A stretch of DNA of 64,000 nucleotides from the NCBI GenBank assembly GCA_016125095.1, contig WGMK01000007.1:265605-329604 (forward strand), read 5' to 3'. Of this stretch, positions 56,182 through 64,000 are shown in pieces. Position 1 is the stretch's first letter. Every line of letters begins with the position of its first letter. Position numbers and translations under genes: made by a program. This stretch comes from Candidatus Hydrogenedens sp. (GTDB lineage Bacteria; Hydrogenedentota; Hydrogenedentia; Hydrogenedentales; JAEUWI01). Below the pieces are notes generated by a model that saw only the letters and a program-made list of their open reading frames with translations, was not told where the DNA came from and did not search any database.

Positions 56182-59100
56182 GTGTTGCGTAAACGTCAGG
56201 CCCGGGGGGGTATTGAACGCAAGTTCGTGACGTCCATCCTGTGGGTGGGCGTTATCCCGATGGCGCTGGCGCTCATCATTGGCTACGTCTTCGCCCGCGA
56301 AGGGCAGCAGATCGCCGTTCACCAGAACCTTGCCACGGCCGTACAGACCACCGCAGGCGGCATCCGCCAGACCCTCGAGCAGCAATTGCAGGTGCTCGAG
56401 TTCGTCGCCCACGATCCGGAGGTCATCGCCCGGCTCATGGCGCACGGTGACTTTGCGTCGTCCCGCGTACCCACCGTACTTGAACGTGTATCTGCCGCCG
56501 ACAGCGGACATCTCTTGTCCTATTTCGTGCTCTACGATGCCCAGGGTTGCCTGCTACTGAATTCGCCCTCGGGTCCGCCTGTGCCGCCCGGGGTGCCCGA
56601 TTGGCTGGGCGAAGTGTCCGAGACGCAATTCGTCGATTTCCTCTACAGCGGCGAAACCGGGCGTTACTATAATTACTTGGTGGCCCCGGTGCGCGACCCG
56701 TCGGACGACGAGATTATCGGCTACCTGGGCGAGCGCCGCGATGTCCACGAATTACTGCGTTCGCTGTTGCAGGACCATCGTAACGGGCGCGGCAATCTCT
56801 CCGACCCGAATCGCTACGAATTGATCAATATCGGCGCCGATGGTCAATTCGTGGTGTATCTCGACGAGCGATCGGGGGCGGAGGCGCCTCCGCCGAAGTA
56901 TTACGCGCTCGACCACGAGCTGGCCGAGCGGCTTGGCGCGCCGACTGCACCGGTGATGGATTCGTTTTACGAGAGCAACTACGACACCCGCGGCGAGTCT
57001 ATCCGCGCGCTGATGGCGTACCACCGCCTCGACCCGCAGCGCGAGCTCTATCTGCTGGCCTACCGCGACGCTTCGGACGTGTTCTGGATTATCAATCTCG
57101 GGGCGGCGCTCACCCTGTTCGTCACCAGCATGGTCATCGGCGTGTTTCTTATTGTGGCCTACCGGAACGTGAACAACAACATCATCCGGCCGGTATCCCT
57201 GCTGAATGAGGGCGCGCAAATCGTCCGGCAGGGCGACCTCGACCTCAAGCTCATCATCGACACGGGCGACGAGATCGAAGAACTGGCGATGTCATTCAAC
57301 AAGATGGCGACGGCACTGCGCCAGAACATTTCCCAGTTGGAGGAATCGGAAGAGCGGTATCGCAGCCTGTTCGATTCCATGCGCGACGGCGTATTCCAGA
57401 CCACGGCCGACGGCCGCATTACCCTCATGAATCCTGCCGGTCTCGCCATCCTGGGCTATGACGCCCAGGAGACGAGTGCCGACATCTCGTTCGAGTCCCT
57501 GTTCGTCGAGGAAATGGACCTGGCGCGCGTGACGCACGAACTCGAGCGCGAGCGCTTTATCGAGCGGACGCGCGTGTGGATGCGGCGGCGCGACGGACGG
57601 TCGATTTGCGTCGAGCTTGCTGCGGGCCGCGTATTCGACGAAGGGTTGTACGTGGGGCTCGAGGGCACCTTCCAGGACGTGACCCAGAACGTCCGCCTGG
57701 AGCGGGAAGCCCGCGAGCGCTCCGAGCGCATCAGCGCCATCAACACCATCGCCAACGTGATCAACTCCAGCCTAGAATCCGGCATGGTGTACGAGAGCCT
57801 CGTGGACGAGGTGCGGAAGCTGACCGATTTCGACTATGCCGCCGTGGCGCTTCGCGACATGGACCGGGCCGCCGGCGACGAGTCGCCGATCAAATTTCTA
57901 ACGCGCCAGCTCTGGCCTGAAACGGGCCGCAATCAGGCCCTCCGCGAAGACAGCGACGGCTCCTGCGCGGGCTGGGTGGCGCGGTACGAGTCCAGCCTGC
58001 TTATCAACAACCTGCCCGAGAGCGACCCGCCCTTCACCGACCAGTTCCCGCACGACATACGCAGCTGCCTTTGCGTGCCGCTGTATGCCTCGGGCCGCAT
58101 TATCGGCACGTTGAACATCGCCTCGAAGTCCTACCACGCCTTTACCCAGCAGCACGCGGGCGCGCTCGAGGAAATGGCCCCGCACGTGGCCGTGGCCATC
58201 CGTAACGCCCAGCTGCTGGACAACCTGCAGCGCGCGCTCGAGGAAGCCACCCGCGCCCGCGAACGCCTGCACGAGGCGAACGAAGAACTCAAGACGCTCG
58301 ACGAGATGAAGACCAACCTCTTGTCGAACGTCTCGCATGAACTGCGCACCCCGCTCGTGGCGGTCATGGGCTATACCGACATGATCCTGAACCGGAAGGT
58401 CGGCCCCATCAACGAGGTGCAGGAAGACTACCTGAGCATCAGCCTGCGCAACATCGAAAAGCTGGTCAGCCTCATTGAGAACCTGCTCGACTTCTCGCGC
58501 CTGAACCGCGGCGACGAGGACATCTGCTTCGATACCTTCGACCTGGCGGACTGCGTGCGCACCAGCATTCAGGTGGTGCGTCCGCTTGCCGACAAGCGCA
58601 CCATCGCCGTGGGATACGAGATCATCGACGCCTCCGAGGCCGAATGGATCAAGGTGGAGGGGGACCACCCGGTGCTGGTGGAGGGCGACAAGGGCAAGAT
58701 GGGGCAGGTATTCACCAACCTGCTGTCCAACGCCGTCAAGTTCAACCAGAGCGAGGGGCGGGTCGATGTCACGCTGAAGATGACCAGCGACTTCGTCGAG
58801 GTCTCGGTGTCCGACACCGGCATCGGCATCCCCGAGAAGGAACAGGACCGCATCTTCAACCGCTTCTACCAGGTCGATAGCTCGTCCACGCGCAAGTACG
58901 GCGGCACGGGCATCGGGCTGGCCATCGTGCAGGATATCGTGCGTCTGCACGGCAGCAACATCACCGTGAGCAGCAAAGAGGGAGAGGGCACGACGTTCCG
59001 CTTCACGCTGCCGCTCAGCCCCACGCAGCGCCGGGCCTCCTCAGACCCCGAGCAGCCGCACCTGCCCCTGCCCACCGAGACACACCTGCTGGTGGAACTG

Positions 59101-59853
59101 CTGACCCAGGACCGCGCCCTGAGCAACCAGATCCGCAGCATGCTGGTGGCGGACGGCATGGACGTGATTCACGCGGCCTATCCGGCGGTGGCGCTCTCGC
59201 TCGCCAACAAATACAGCCCCGACTGTATCATCGTTGATACCGAGGCCGGTCCGCTGGGCAGCGTGGTACTCGAGGAGATCCTCTCGGACCCCTCGGCCTG
59301 CAATCTGCCCATCATCCTGCTGACCAACGACGACTCGCTGCTGGAACAATACAAGGACAAGGTCGCGGCACGCGTGAAGCGCGGCTTCCGTAAAAGCACC
59401 CTGCTCGGCGGAATCCACTACGCCCTCAGCAAGGGCGTATCCGAGGCGGAACAGCTGGGCAACAAGGTGCTGTGTGTCGACGACGACGAGGAAATCCAGC
59501 GTTTTATCACGCGATGCCTTATCAACGACGGGTACGATGTCGAGACCTGCAACAACGGGGAAGAGGCGCTGCGCTTGCTGGATACGGGCGAGTACTGGAT
59601 GGTACTGCTGGACATCGCCATGCCGGGCATCGATGGCTGGGAAACCTGCGCGCGCATTCGGAGGAACCCGCGCCTGGCGGGCATGCGCATCCACATGGTG
59701 ACCGCGAAGCCGGTGGAACAGGCCACCTCGAAGCTGACCCAGGCCGGCGCGGACGGCTTTCTCCTCAAGCCTTTCAAGTCCGAGGAATTACTGGAACTCT
59801 TCGCGGGGTTCCAGTGGCGCAAACACGAACCCGATTCGAGTATCCTTACCTAG
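56182..59853 (+). CDS. Hybrid sensor histidine kinase (TM-HAMP-PAS-GAF-HisKA-HATPase_c-[pseudo]REC-REC), 1223 aa
   Basis: N-terminal TM, HAMP (EIEELAMSFNKMATALRQN), PAS (RDGVFQTTADGRITLMNPAG), GAF, H-box SHELRTPL, HATPase_c (NLLSNAVKF...DTGIGI...GGTGIGL), and a C-terminal receiver (VLCVDDDEE...VLLDIAMPGIDGWE...LLKPF). Confidence 0.8.
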   Translation: MLRKRQARGGIERKFVTSILWVGVIPMALALIIGYVFAREGQQIAVHQNLATAVQTTAGGIRQTLEQQLQVLEFVAHDPEVIARLMAHGDFASSRVPTVLERVSAADSGHLLSYFVLYDAQGCLLLNSPSGPPVPPGVPDWLGEVSETQFVDFLYSGETGRYYNYLVAPVRDPSDDEIIGYLGERRDVHELLRSLLQDHRNGRGNLSDPNRYELINIGADGQFVVYLDERSGAEAPPPKYYALDHELAERLGAPTAPVMDSFYESNYDTRGESIRALMAYHRLDPQRELYLLAYRDASDVFWIINLGAALTLFVTSMVIGVFLIVAYRNVNNNIIRPVSLLNEGAQIVRQGDLDLKLIIDTGDEIEELAMSFNKMATALRQNISQLEESEERYRSLFDSMRDGVFQTTADGRITLMNPAGLAILGYDAQETSADISFESLFVEEMDLARVTHELERERFIERTRVWMRRRDGRSICVELAAGRVFDEGLYVGLEGTFQDVTQNVRLEREARERSERISAINTIANVINSSLESGMVYESLVDEVRKLTDFDYAAVALRDMDRAAGDESPIKFLTRQLWPETGRNQALREDSDGSCAGWVARYESSLLINNLPESDPPFTDQFPHDIRSCLCVPLYASGRIIGTLNIASKSYHAFTQQHAGALEEMAPHVAVAIRNAQLLDNLQRALEEATRARERLHEANEELKTLDEMKTNLLSNVSHELRTPLVAVMGYTDMILNRKVGPINEVQEDYLSISLRNIEKLVSLIENLLDFSRLNRGDEDICFDTFDLADCVRTSIQVVRPLADKRTIAVGYEIIDASEAEWIKVEGDHPVLVEGDKGKMGQVFTNLLSNAVKFNQSEGRVDVTLKMTSDFVEVSVSDTGIGIPEKEQDRIFNRFYQVDSSSTRKYGGTGIGLAIVQDIVRLHGSNITVSSKEGEGTTFRFTLPLSPTQRRASSDPEQPHLPLPTETHLLVELLTQDRALSNQIRSMLVADGMDVIHAAYPAVALSLANKYSPDCIIVDTEAGPLGSVVLEEILSDPSACNLPIILLTNDDSLLEQYKDKVAARVKRGFRKSTLLGGIHYALSKGVSEAEQLGNKVLCVDDDEEIQRFITRCLINDGYDVETCNNGEEALRLLDTGEYWMVLLDIAMPGIDGWETCARIRRNPRLAGMRIHMVTAKPVEQATSKLTQAGADGFLLKPFKSEELLELFAGFQWRKHEPDSSILT

Positions 59854-59895
59854 TTCCCCGCCCACCCCAGCGCAGCCTTTCCCTGACAGGAGCAT

Positions 59896-61740
59896 GTGTC
59901 CATTCTCATGAGCGACCCCTATACGCAATACGCAGGCAATCCGCGTCTGCATACGTCGCCGCTGGTCACGCTGTTGCGCTACAACCGCCCGTACTGGCGC
60001 GCCTATGCCATCGGCGCCGTGCTCGCCGTAAGTTTCTCCGGCATTAACCTCGCCACGCCAATCGTGCTGCGCACGATTCTGGCGGGTTTCGAGCAAGGCA
60101 TCATGACCCGCGAGGCGCTGTGGGGCTGGGCCGCGCTGATGATTGGCGCGTCCATTACCAGCGGCATCTTCCGGTTCTTCCAGCGCACCCTGATGATCGG
60201 GGCCTCGCGCCAATTCGAGTATCACCTGCGCAACGACATCTTCGAGCACCTGCTGCGCTTGAGCCTGGCCTTCTTCCGCCGCACCAAAACTGGCGACGTG
60301 ATGGCGCGCGCCACGAGCGACGTGAACAACGTGCGTGAATTTATCGGGCCCGGCATCATGGGCAGCGCCGACATGATCAGCATCCCGTTTACGCTCGCGG
60401 TCATGATCTGGCTGAGTCCGCGCCTCACGCTCGTGTCGCTCATACCGCTGCCCGTCGTCACCGTCCTGGCGTACTTCTTCATCCGCTACATGACCAAGCA
60501 GTCGAAGGTGGTGCAGGAAGCCTTCTCCGAGGTGAACAGCCGCATGCAGGAAAACCTGGCCGGCGCCCGCGTGGTGAAGGCCTACGGCATTTCCTCACGC
60601 GAATCGAACACCTTTGGCGAACTCTCCAAGCGCTACATGCGCGAGAACATCCGGCTCATCAGCGTAATGTCGCTGGCCATCCCGGCGGCCGGCATCTTCA
60701 TCGGCATCTTCGCCATGATCCTCATCGGCGTGGGCGGCGGCATGGTCATCCGCGGCGAACTCGCCCTCTCGGATCTCACCAGCTTTCTGGTCGCCCTCGT
60801 GATGCTCGCCTTCCCCTTCGCGCAGCTGGGCTATGTGCTCACCCTCTACCAGCGAGGCGCGGTGAGCATGAAGCGCATCGCACGTATTCTCGATACGGCG
60901 CCCGATATTCAGGATTCCGGCAAGCACGCGCCCGATGCCCTGCCCATCCGCGGACACATCCGCTTCGAGGGCGTCACTTTCCGCTATCCCCACAAGCCCG
61001 ATCCCGACGCTGAGGACGAAGAGACCGAACAGCCTGCGACGCTGGAAAATGTCTCCTTCGAGGTAAAGCCGGGCGAGACCCTGGCCATCGTGGGGCCGAC
61101 GGGCTCGGGCAAGTCCACCTTGCTCGCGATGCTGACCCGTGCCTACGACCCCGACGAGGGGCGCATCACGCTGGACGGCGTGCCGCTGTGCGATGTACCC
61201 CTGCGGGCCCTGCGCGATGCGCTGGGCTATGTGCCGCAGGACAGCTTTATTTTCTCCACCTCGATTCGCGGCAACCTGCTGATGGCGCGTCGCGACGCCA
61301 CGCCGGACGAGCTCCGCGAGGCCTGCGACTGCGCCCAATTTACCGAGGCGCTGGAGCGGCTGCCCGAGGGACTCGATACCCTGTTGGGCGAACGCGGCAT
61401 CAACCTGAGCGGCGGCCAGATTCAGCGGCTCGCGCTGTCCCGCGCCGTGCTGCGCGATCCCATCATCTTGATTCTCGACGACGCACTCTCTGCCGTGGAC
61501 ACCAAGACGGAAGAGTCGATCCTCCGCCGCCTGAAGCAGGTGATGGCCCAGCGCACGAGCGTTATCGTGTCGCACCGCGTGTCGACCGTGCTGCACGCCG
61601 ACCACATCCTTGTGCTGGATGAGGGCCGGGTGGTGGAGCGGGGGACGCACGAGGAACTCGCCGCACGCGACGGCATTTACGCGCAGATGTACCGCCGCCA
61701 GAAACTGGAATCGGCGCTGGAGGCTTCTGGGCATGAGTAA
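59896..61740 (+). CDS. ABC transporter permease/ATP-binding protein (type I exporter, MsbA/ABCB-like), subunit 1
   Basis: Six-TM domain followed by an NBD: Walker A GPTGSGKST, signature LSGGQIQR, Walker B ILILDDALSAVD, H-loop. Confidence 0.85.
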   Translation: MSILMSDPYTQYAGNPRLHTSPLVTLLRYNRPYWRAYAIGAVLAVSFSGINLATPIVLRTILAGFEQGIMTREALWGWAALMIGASITSGIFRFFQRTLMIGASRQFEYHLRNDIFEHLLRLSLAFFRRTKTGDVMARATSDVNNVREFIGPGIMGSADMISIPFTLAVMIWLSPRLTLVSLIPLPVVTVLAYFFIRYMTKQSKVVQEAFSEVNSRMQENLAGARVVKAYGISSRESNTFGELSKRYMRENIRLISVMSLAIPAAGIFIGIFAMILIGVGGGMVIRGELALSDLTSFLVALVMLAFPFAQLGYVLTLYQRGAVSMKRIARILDTAPDIQDSGKHAPDALPIRGHIRFEGVTFRYPHKPDPDAEDEETEQPATLENVSFEVKPGETLAIVGPTGSGKSTLLAMLTRAYDPDEGRITLDGVPLCDVPLRALRDALGYVPQDSFIFSTSIRGNLLMARRDATPDELREACDCAQFTEALERLPEGLDTLLGERGINLSGGQIQRLALSRAVLRDPIILILDDALSAVDTKTEESILRRLKQVMAQRTSVIVSHRVSTVLHADHILVLDEGRVVERGTHEELAARDGIYAQMYRRQKLESALEASGHE

Positions 61741-63625
61741 CAGCTATCACCTCCGTGACGAAGTACAAACGCGCTCATTCGACGGCGCGCTGCTGCGGCG
61801 GCTGCTGCGGTATCTCGCCCCGCACCGCAACTGGGTGATCGTCTCCACCTTGCTGCTGCTTGCCGCGGCCTGCATGAGCAACCTCGCGCCGCTGCTGATG
61901 ATGCACGCCGTGGACACCTACATGAACGCCGCGGACGGCCGCGATGCCGCCGCGATGGCCGCCGACTTCGACGGGCTGATGCGCATGACCGGCGCCCTCG
62001 CCGGGGTCATTGTGCTGGAAGCCATCGTACGGTTTGTGCAATTGCTCATCGTCACCTGGATCGGCCAGCGTACCATGTTCGAAATGCGCATGGGCCTATT
62101 CGATCACCTGCAAGGGCTATCGCTCAGTTTCCTCGACCGCAATCCCGTCGGCCGCCTGATGTCCCGCGTGACCAGCGACGTCGACAAGATTCAGGAAAGC
62201 ATTGTCACCGCCATCGTGCAGGTATTCAGCGGACTGTTCACCATCGCGGTCGTGCTGGTGTTCATGTTCTGGACCAACTGGCAGCTGGCGCTGGTGGCCC
62301 TGGTGCCGCTGCCGCTTATCTTCGGCGCGAGCTGGGTCTTCCGCCAATACGCCCAGAAGAGCTTCCTGGAAATCCGCCGCAAGGTGGCCGACATCGGCGC
62401 GTATATGCAGGAAAGCATCGGCGGCATGCATGTGATTCAGATCTTCGGGCAGGAAGGCAGCAGCTACGAGCGCCACGATTACCTGAACGCCGAGCACCGC
62501 GACGAGTGGCTGCGGCAGGTGCGCAACTTCGCGGTGTATTTCCCCGCCGTCGAATTCCTCAGCGCGCTCTCGACCGCCCTCATCATCCTGTATTGCGGCA
62601 ACCAGATTCTGAACCTGGGCGAAGAGATCAGCCGCGTCGCCTCAGTGGGCACGCTCGTCGGCTATGTCTACTGGGCCGAGCGCCTGTTCATTCCCATCCG
62701 CTCGCTGGCCGACCGCTACAACCTGCTGCTCGAGGCGATGGCGAGTTCCGAGCGCGTGTTCGAATTACTGGACACGAAGCCCGAAATTACCGACCGCGAC
62801 GGGGCGATCGTGCCGGACCAGATCGAGGGCAGCGTCGCCTTCGAGAACGTCTGGTTCGCCTACAACAAGCCGGGCGAGAATGCCGCGCGCATCCTGAGCG
62901 AGCGCGAGGACCATGCTTTCGGCGCGCAGGACGAGCAGTGGGTGCTGCGCGATGTTTCGTTCACCGTCTCCCCGGGCGAACGGGTCGCCATCGTCGGGCA
63001 TACCGGCGCCGGCAAAAGCACCATCATCAACCTCATCAGCCGCTTTTATGAACCGCAGCGCGGCATCATCCGCATCGGCGGACACGACGTGCGCGACTAT
63101 GCCCAGGAGCCGCTCCGCCGCCACATCGGCATCGTGCTGCAGAATGTGTTCCTGTTCAACAGCAGCATCGAGGACAACATCCGGCTGGCCGACCCCGACA
63201 TGGCGGACGACTGGGTGCGCGAATGCGCCCGCCGCGCCAATGCCGACAAGTTCATCCAGCGGCTGCCAGGAGGCTACAACTACGTGGTGGGCGAGCGTGG
63301 TGCGAACCTGTCCACGGGGCAGCGGCAGCTGCTGGCCTTCGCGCGTACGCTGGCGCACGATCCGGAAATCCTCATCCTGGACGAGGCAACGTCAAGCATC
63401 GACACCGAGACCGAGGCGCTAATTCAGGGGGCCATGGAAACGCTGATGGCCGGCCGCACGAGCATCGTCATCGCGCACCGCCTGTCCACCATCCGCAACG
63501 CCGACCGGATCCTCGTAATGCACCACGGCGAAATCCGCGAGGTGGGCACGCACGACGAATTGCTCGCCAAGGGCGGACTCTATTCCACCCTCTACGAACT
63601 CCAATTCGCCGGCCTACAGGCCTGA
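61733..63625 (+). CDS. ABC transporter permease/ATP-binding protein (type I exporter), subunit 2 of putative heterodimer
   Basis: ATGAGTAA overlap with the upstream gene. TMD plus NBD: Walker A GHTGAGKST, signature LSTGQRQL, Walker B ILILDEATSSID. Confidence 0.85.
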   Translation: MSNSYHLRDEVQTRSFDGALLRRLLRYLAPHRNWVIVSTLLLLAAACMSNLAPLLMMHAVDTYMNAADGRDAAAMAADFDGLMRMTGALAGVIVLEAIVRFVQLLIVTWIGQRTMFEMRMGLFDHLQGLSLSFLDRNPVGRLMSRVTSDVDKIQESIVTAIVQVFSGLFTIAVVLVFMFWTNWQLALVALVPLPLIFGASWVFRQYAQKSFLEIRRKVADIGAYMQESIGGMHVIQIFGQEGSSYERHDYLNAEHRDEWLRQVRNFAVYFPAVEFLSALSTALIILYCGNQILNLGEEISRVASVGTLVGYVYWAERLFIPIRSLADRYNLLLEAMASSERVFELLDTKPEITDRDGAIVPDQIEGSVAFENVWFAYNKPGENAARILSEREDHAFGAQDEQWVLRDVSFTVSPGERVAIVGHTGAGKSTIINLISRFYEPQRGIIRIGGHDVRDYAQEPLRRHIGIVLQNVFLFNSSIEDNIRLADPDMADDWVRECARRANADKFIQRLPGGYNYVVGERGANLSTGQRQLLAFARTLAHDPEILILDEATSSIDTETEALIQGAMETLMAGRTSIVIAHRLSTIRNADRILVMHHGEIREVGTHDELLAKGGLYSTLYELQFAGLQA

Positions 63626-63634
63626 GAAGCAAGA

Positions 63635-63790
63635 TTTTTTTGACAGGATAACTGGATTTTGGGATAAGAGAGGAAGAGCTTTTCTTAGACAGGATTTACA
63701 GGATTAACAGGATTAGAAGAGGGGCTCTTCTGCCCTTGAGATTCTTCTCTTTAATCCTGTTAATCTTGTTAATCCTGTCAAAAAAGAGAG
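63635..63790. repeat. AT-rich ~155-bp imperfect palindrome with reiterated CAGGATT(A/T)A motif, between ABC exporter operon and AKR gene
   Basis: ttttttgacaggat...gacaggatttacaggattaacaggattagaagag | gggctcttctgccc | ttctctttaatcctgttaatcttgttaatcctgtcaaaaaa. The arms are reverse complements, and the centre is about 63730. GC is far below the window average. Confidence 0.7.
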
Positions 63791-63811
63791 AGTACGGAGC
63801 GAAGTTTTCTG

Positions 63812-64000
63812 ATGCAGTACCGTCGATTCGGCAAGACTGGATTTCAGATTCCCGTGGTGAGCTGCGGGGGCATGCGCTATCAGCAGTCGTGGAACGACAA
63901 CGACCCCGTGAGCGAGGACAGCCAGCGCAACCTGGAAGCGTGCATCCGGCGTTCGCTGGAACTGGGCATCAACCACATCGAGACCGCCCGCGGTTACGGC
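63812..64000 (+). CDS. Aldo/keto reductase family oxidoreductase, 5'-partial (runs off window end)
   Basis: MQYRRFGKTGFQIPVVSCGGMRYQQSW...LELGINHIETARGYG, a typical AKR N-terminus. Confidence 0.7.
   Translation, partial: MQYRRFGKTGFQIPVVSCGGMRYQQSWNDNDPVSEDSQRNLEACIRRSLELGINHIETARGYG

Noticed and set aside
57898-58950. 350-aa minus-strand ORF
   Set aside because: It is antisense to the HisKA/HATPase region of the hybrid kinase.
60595-61734. 379-aa minus-strand ORF
   Set aside because: It is antisense to the NBD of ABC exporter subunit 1.

Overview
High-GC bacterial chromosomal window, roughly 65% GC by eye, densely coded on both strands. No rRNA, CRISPR array, transposase or integrase was recognised.

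(1) 1-4957, minus strand: an exopolysaccharide export/assembly block resembling PEP-CTERM-type eps loci. It holds a partial ExeA/GspA-like AAA ATPase running off the window start, a Wzc/GumC-like chain-length determinant, a Wza-like export lipoprotein and a GT4 glycosyltransferase.

(2) 5233-22783: a set of secreted carbohydrate-active or modifying proteins. These are a GH10-like hydrolase with three tandem Ig-like repeats, a roughly 1600-aa protein with an FGE-sulfatase-like domain, Ca-binding repeats and a dockerin-like C-terminus, a PHB-depolymerase-family esterase, an AsnB amidotransferase, a GH5-like TIM barrel, a beta-helix protein and a Cys-type sulfatase. The block is interrupted by two low-GC toxin-antitoxin islets (an orphan HicB-like gene and a RelE/ParE pair).

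(3) 22787-26626: a CheA-CheY-hybrid receiver/kinase operon.

(4) 26771-31619: ceramidase-like gene, tRNA-Pro(CGG), two SPFH/band-7 genes and a PI-PLC-X-like phosphodiesterase.

(5) Housekeeping genes: two Gfo/Idh/MocA oxidoreductases, a parvulin PPIase, hemE, cca, pgi.

(6) 40283-52322: a genome-maintenance/accessory stretch. It holds an FHA-GAF histidine kinase divergent from an MrfA-like (DEAD helicase + DUF1998 4-Cys) / MrfB-like (RNase-H-fold exonuclease + TPR) pair. A low-GC VapBC-like cassette is inserted between about 115-bp direct repeats that duplicate the 3' end of the mrfB-like gene. Next come a MITE/REP-like structured element, a hypothetical secreted protein, a DUF2961/GH172-like protein, and an unusual fusion of a RadC-like JAB (HNHPSG) domain to a DinG/Rad3-type Fe-S helicase.

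(7) 55551-63625: an HTH-receiver regulator, a 1223-aa hybrid PAS/GAF histidine kinase and a heterodimeric ABC exporter pair, followed by a long AT-rich palindrome and a partial aldo/keto reductase.

The candidates I rate most interesting are the RadC-JAB::DinG fusion, the repeat-flanked TA islet inside the mrfAB locus, and the giant FGE-domain/dockerin-like secreted protein next to a Cys-type sulfatase.
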